Shown here: in pieces, positions 62,301 to 64,000 of the stretch
How positions within the stretch are numbered: position 1 is the stretch's first letter
Layout of the letters: every line of letters begins with the position of its first letter
Source of the DNA: Alphaproteobacteria bacterium
GTDB lineage: Bacteria > Pseudomonadota > Alphaproteobacteria > MPNO01
Reading direction: 5' to 3'
DNA: 64,000 nt
NCBI GenBank assembly: GCA_964291675.2
Contig: OZ219866.1
Span: forward strand, 960,001 to 1,024,000
Made by a program: the position numbers and the translations under genes
The notes under the pieces: model-generated
Seen by the model: only the letters and a program-made list of their open reading frames with translations
Databases searched by the model: none
What the model was told of the DNA's origin: nothing

Positions 62301-64000
62301 ATGACCGACGCGGCCGGGCAGCGCGAAGATGGCGGCGCGCGTTCGACCGGCGAGGATGCCGGCGGCAAGGGAAGCGCGCGGGACGCCGCCGCGACGCCGA
62401 TGATGGCGCAGTATCTCGCCGTCAAGGAGGCCCATCCGGGCTGCCTGCTGTTCTACCGCATGGGCGACTTCTACGAGCTGTTCTTCGACGACGCGGTCGC
62501 CGCCGCCAGGGCGCTCGACATCACGCTCACCCGTCGCGGCCGCCACCGGGGCGCCGACGTGCCGATGTGCGGCGTGCCGGTCCATGCCGCCGAGACCTAT
62601 CTGGAGCGGCTGATCCGCAAGGGCTTCCGGGTGGCGGTCTGCGAACAGACGGAAGACCCGGCGCAGGCGCGCAAGCGCGGCGCCAAGTCCCTGGTCGCCC
62701 GCCAGGTGGTGCGCGTGGTCACCCCCGGCACCCTGACCGAGGACTCGCTGCTGGAGGCGCGCCGCCACAACTACCTCGCCGCCATCGCCGAGGCCGAAGG
62801 GCTTCTGGGGTTCGCCTGGATCGACATCTCGACCGGCGCCTTCCAGGCGCAGCCGCTCGACCCCGGCATGGTGGCCGAGGCGATGGCGCGCGTCGATCCG
62901 GGCGAGCTCGTCCTCTCGGAGCGGCTGGCGGCGCAGCCGGATATCGACGCCGCCCTGGAAGGCTGGGACGGCCTGGCCACGCCGCTGCCCGGCGCGCGCT
63001 TCGACAGCCTCTCCGGCCGGCGGCGGCTCGAAGCCCATTACGGGGTCCGTTCGCTGGATGCCTTCGGCGCCTTCTCGCGCGCCGAGATCGCCGCCTGCGG
63101 GGCGGCGCTCGACTATGTCGCGCTGACCCAGCAGGGCCGGCTGCCGCGAATCGAGCCGCCGCGGCGGCTCGGGCCGGGCGCGGCGATGGAGATCGACGCC
63201 GCCACCAGGCGCAATCTCGAGATCGTGCGGTCTCTCTCGGGGGAACGCGCCGGCTCGCTGCTCGCGGTGATCGACCTGACCGTCACCGGCGCGGGCGCCC
63301 GCGCGCTCGCCGAGCGCCTCGGCGCGCCCTTGACCGATTGCGCGGCGATAGACCGCCGCCTCGACGCGGTCCGGCATTTTGCCGCCGACGCCGCGCTGCG
63401 CAGCGCCTGCCGCGACGTGCTCGCCGCCTGTCCCGACCTCCAGCGGGCGATGACCCGGCTGGCGCTCGGCCGGGGCGGTCCGCGCGATCTCGCCGCGGTG
63501 GGCGAAGCGCTGTCGCGCGCCGACAGCCTGTCCGACTTGCTGCAAGGCGGCCAGGAAGCGGTCCCCGGCGAGGTCGAAAGCGCCGCCGCCGCACTCACCG
63601 GCCACGCCGCGACCGTGGCCGCGCTGCGCGAGGCGCTCGGCCCCGAGCTGCCGCTGCTCGCCCGCGACGGCGGCTTCGTCGCGCCCGGCCACGACGGCAC
63701 GCTCGACGAGCTTCGCGCGCTGCGCGACGGCAGCCGGCGGCTGATCGCCGACCTTCAGAAGCAATATGCCGAGGCGACCGGCATCGCGTCTCTCAAGATC
63801 CGCCACAACAACGTGCTCGGCTATTTCGTCGAGGTGACGCCGGTCCACGAAGCCGCGATCGCCGGCCACGACGCCTTCATCCACCGCCAGACCCTGGCCA
63901 GCGCGCGCCGCTATACCACCGTCGCGCTCGCCGGGCTGGAGGAGAAGCTCGCCACGGCGTCCGACAAGGCGCTGGCGCGGGAGCTCGAGATCTTCGAGGC
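62301..64000 (+). CDS. mutS: DNA mismatch repair protein MutS (runs off the window)
   Basis: Own translation from ATG 62301: TPMMAQY...LLFYRMGDFYELFFDDA...PMCGVP.HA...VVRVVTPGTL. Confidence 0.96.
   Translation, partial: MTDAAGQREDGGARSTGEDAGGKGSARDAAATPMMAQYLAVKEAHPGCLLFYRMGDFYELFFDDAVAAARALDITLTRRGRHRGADVPMCGVPVHAAETYLERLIRKGFRVAVCEQTEDPAQARKRGAKSLVARQVVRVVTPGTLTEDSLLEARRHNYLAAIAEAEGLLGFAWIDISTGAFQAQPLDPGMVAEAMARVDPGELVLSERLAAQPDIDAALEGWDGLATPLPGARFDSLSGRRRLEAHYGVRSLDAFGAFSRAEIAACGAALDYVALTQQGRLPRIEPPRRLGPGAAMEIDAATRRNLEIVRSLSGERAGSLLAVIDLTVTGAGARALAERLGAPLTDCAAIDRRLDAVRHFAADAALRSACRDVLAACPDLQRAMTRLALGRGGPRDLAAVGEALSRADSLSDLLQGGQEAVPGEVESAAAALTGHAATVAALREALGPELPLLARDGGFVAPGHDGTLDELRALRDGSRRLIADLQKQYAEATGIASLKIRHNNVLGYFVEVTPVHEAAIAGHDAFIHRQTLASARRYTTVALAGLEEKLATASDKALARELEIFE

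Overview
High-GC alphaproteobacterial chromosome segment (Rhodospirillales-like, judged from gene order and the permuted two-piece tmRNA). Most of it is housekeeping: suhB, efp-epmB-epmA, thiE-fbaB, zapA-6S RNA-ygfA-ymdB-yebC-ruvCAB-ybgC-tolQRAB-pal-cpoB-tilS-ftsH-folP-glmM, thiD, proC, ubiK, cenR, thyA-ssrA-sspB-dapB, nth, bactofilin, typA, phoR-pstSCAB-phoU-phoB and the start of mutS. Two accessory insertions stand out. (1) At 5.1-7.5 kb, a single-domain globin is followed 13 bp later by a tail-anchored protein with three DUF4388/PATAN-like domains, a candidate gas-sensing localisation module. (2) At 29.3-39.5 kb, an accessory block begins with a tRNA-3'-end-like remnant, then an overlapping ABC-type (AAA_21/DUF3696) ATPase - PIN nuclease - RNA ligase trio (candidate RNA cut-and-repair or defence system), then RidA-TauD-compact reductive-dehalogenase-like genes, a BrnTA pair, an amidase, a frameshifted SDR and an orphan Mo-hydroxylase large subunit. 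Regulatory signals read directly from the DNA are a triple Pho box, an FNR/FixK box, two identical RegA/PrrA-like palindromes (before pal and cenR) and tandem NrdR-like boxes. All product calls come from motif recognition by eye; no database searches were run. Start codons were often refined from the ORF track.
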